Origin: Trichosphaerium sp. ATCC 40318
Taxonomy: Eukaryota > Protista > Tubulinea
Reading direction: 5' to 3'
Length of the DNA: 64,000 nt
Assembly (NCBI GenBank): GCA_038496445.1
Contig: JALMLS010000376.1
Span: 682,001-746,000 of the forward strand
How positions within the stretch are numbered: the first letter of the stretch is position 1; every line of letters begins with the position of its first letter. Positions 61,769 to 64,000 of the stretch are shown here, one piece after another. A program made the translations under genes and the position numbers. Below the pieces are notes generated by a model. The model ran no database searches. It had not been told where the DNA came from and saw nothing but the letters and a program-made list of their open reading frames with translations.

Positions 61769-62604
61769 ACCTCATTATGCGCTCACACAACGCGTACTTG
61801 TCCTTCTACATTAATAAAAGGACAAAGCTGGCAGAGTTTTACCTGACAGCTCACCATAGATCTTAGTTGTTGCTCACAGCGTATTATTTGCTTAAATGTA
61901 GCGCAAGCATTAAAACCGGTGATGCTACGTACTGCACCTCATTTGTTAAAGTATATTCCAAACACGTGTCATAAGCACGAATGTGAATGAAGTATTTGTT
62001 AGTCTTCTTGTTGCTTAGCTGTTCTAATAGCTTGGAACGGAATGTAACATAGCTACTTTTTGGTTTAAAAGTAGCTTTGCTCGCGTCTGTACAGTACTCA
62101 AAAGTTGACTAAGGTAGTTTGGAGTTGAATGCAATTGACTTCCATCAGTGCATTCAACTTTTCATGATAATTCTGTCATATAGTGGTTTCATTTCAAACG
62201 TCAATATACATAGCTATAAGTACAGGCGTTAGTGCAATTGCTACTGGTATAAGTCTATAAAAACTCGACACTATCCGGATTTTGAAAAGAAAGTTTGCCC
62301 AGTCACCAGTCTTGTGCTGAAACGATGCAAGCTACTTTAAAACAGCGCACTACGTTATAGAATCTTGAGTTTATAAATTGCAAAGGATTTTATTTTATCC
62401 GATGGTTTCAGTAAACTTTCCTTCTTTGAAGCAATCTTTGTGAATTTTCTCGGGAAATAGTCAAACGAGCTCGGAGATAGCGCGAAACGATAGAATGAAC
62501 ATTATTCTACCAATACACCAGTTTTCTACGCGGTTTAGGGTTTTTAAAAAAGCCGATGAACTTAACGCGTTTTATTGCTTAATAGTCTTAATTTAACGTC
62601 CACC

Positions 62605-64000
62605 ATGTCACAACAGCCACTCTCGTTCACTTTTCTACCTAATGAAGAAGGTGCTGAGCCATTAACAAAGTCACAAAAAAAAGTACGTTCAAACAAGCAT
62701 TAATTGTTCAGAATAGTACTTACCCACGCTCTGTCACCTTTTTAAACCATAATACAGCTTTCGTAACAATTTTAGTCATTTCTCCACTAACCCGTTCTAG
62801 AAACTGAAAGAGCTTCATGCAAAGATCGCAGAGCTAGAAAATAGCGAAGATTACTTTCCAGAATCACCTGACTTGATAGAAGCGTTTTTACACGGAAGAA
62901 AATGGAAAGTAGACCGTGCATTACAGACACTCACCAATTTTATAGTACGTACTATATATTTTTAAAGGAGAATAAACAACTTGTGTTAACGGAAATAAGC
63001 AACTCGAAAAAAAAAGCGGACCATTCACACTTGAAGGTTGCTTAGATCGCTATGAAGAAGGCGTTATGGTATGCCTATAGTTTTAATTAATTATTCTGAT
63101 TGTTTTAAAATTTAGTTGATACCACATGAAGCACGTGATAACGAAGGAAGACAGATAATTTATTTAACACCAAGGTAACTATTTTATTTTGTGCGGAAAT
63201 TTCAAGTTTTTATCTTGTGTCACATTCTTAAATTGATTTGTCAGGAACCAAAAGCCTGGTGCTGAAGAGGATATAGAAGCGCAAATTCGATTGACAATGT
63301 ATACTTTACTTAGAGCCATAAGAAGGTACGTTGTCAAGCGTTCTAAAAACAAAAATCAATGATGCTAAGCAAATAAAAGTTAACCCTTTTCTTCTTTACA
63401 GCAAAAAGACACTACAAAACGGTGTTATTATGATTTTGGACTTCAATAAAGCGCCTTTCAGACCTCCAAATCAGAAAATGAAAGAATTATTTGATGCCTT
63501 GAATGTACGTTCTTAAAAACAATATTTTTGAAGAATGACATAGATGTTGACATTGTTTTTTTTATTAGGAAGGATTTCCTGTTCGTTTTGGTCGTCAACT
63601 CATGTGTGATCCACCATGGTTCTTTTCTATTGTATGGAGCGTCTTTAAATACTTTATGTCAGAAAAGATCAGATCTAGAGTACAACTTACAACAACACCA
63701 GAGCTTAAAAAATACGCACCAGAGTCCAGTTTACCAACATGGCTTGGAGGTACGTCACAAAAATCCAGAAATCTCTTGTTAACTTTTTCATCATAGGAAC
63801 TCACGATTATGACCATATAGAAGTCGTACGAGAAGTATATAAAGAAAATGGTATTGATAGAACGTTGCCTGCACCTGGAGAAAGAAAAAGGGATGGCGGT
63901 AAGAAGTCAGAGTCCGATTTAGCGAAAGAGGCAAAAGTAGAAAAAAAAATGGAAAAAAAAGAGTACAAAGCTTTACAAAAAGAACTCAAGGCGGAGAGAA
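62605..64000 (+). CDS. CRAL-TRIO/Sec14-like lipid-binding protein (3' partial)
   Basis: LIEAFLHGRKWKVDRA, RDNEGRQIIY, QNGVIMILDF, FPVRFG..CDPPWFF..VW.VFK.FMSEKIRSRV, SLPTWLGG. Confidence 0.88.

Noticed and set aside
1-64000. Non-standard genetic code or prokaryotic origin
   Set aside because: The ORF fragmentation is explained by short GT-AG introns, and conserved genes end at TAA/TAG/TGA.

Overview
Gene-dense, AT-rich eukaryotic genomic DNA in the standard genetic code, with many short (about 35-70 nt) spliceosomal introns and a frequent GTACGT donor. The gene content (CLU-domain protein, family-3 GPCR, coronin-7, zizimin-type DOCK) suggests an amoebozoan-like protist; this taxon call is an inference. 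About 19 host genes are present: a His-brace/LPMO-like protein, a CG-1/TIG/LRR protein, SAM-ankyrin-LRR, a SNAP47-like Qbc SNARE, ECM4/YqjG-type GST, a family-3 GPCR, a DOCK GEF, coronin-7, RCC1-CLU-RCC1, a repeat plus nuclease-fold protein, NFS1, a VOC protein, an HSL-family lipase, GGPS1, F-box-Sec7, SnoaL-like, PP2C, a multipass membrane protein, a Tudor-like protein and a partial CRAL-TRIO gene. There is also a TIR-bounded element carrying a 5'-truncated RNase H-encoding LINE. The standout signals are (1) an intergenic array of nine hairpins (55903-56163) with an invariant base, variable loops and compensatory base-pair changes, (2) an apparent polyprotein in which an internal signal peptide would expose the N-terminal His of a copper-brace domain, and (3) a strongly structured LINE 3'UTR nested in a TIR element with palindromic subterminal arrays. 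Exon boundaries were read by eye, and gene spans include introns.
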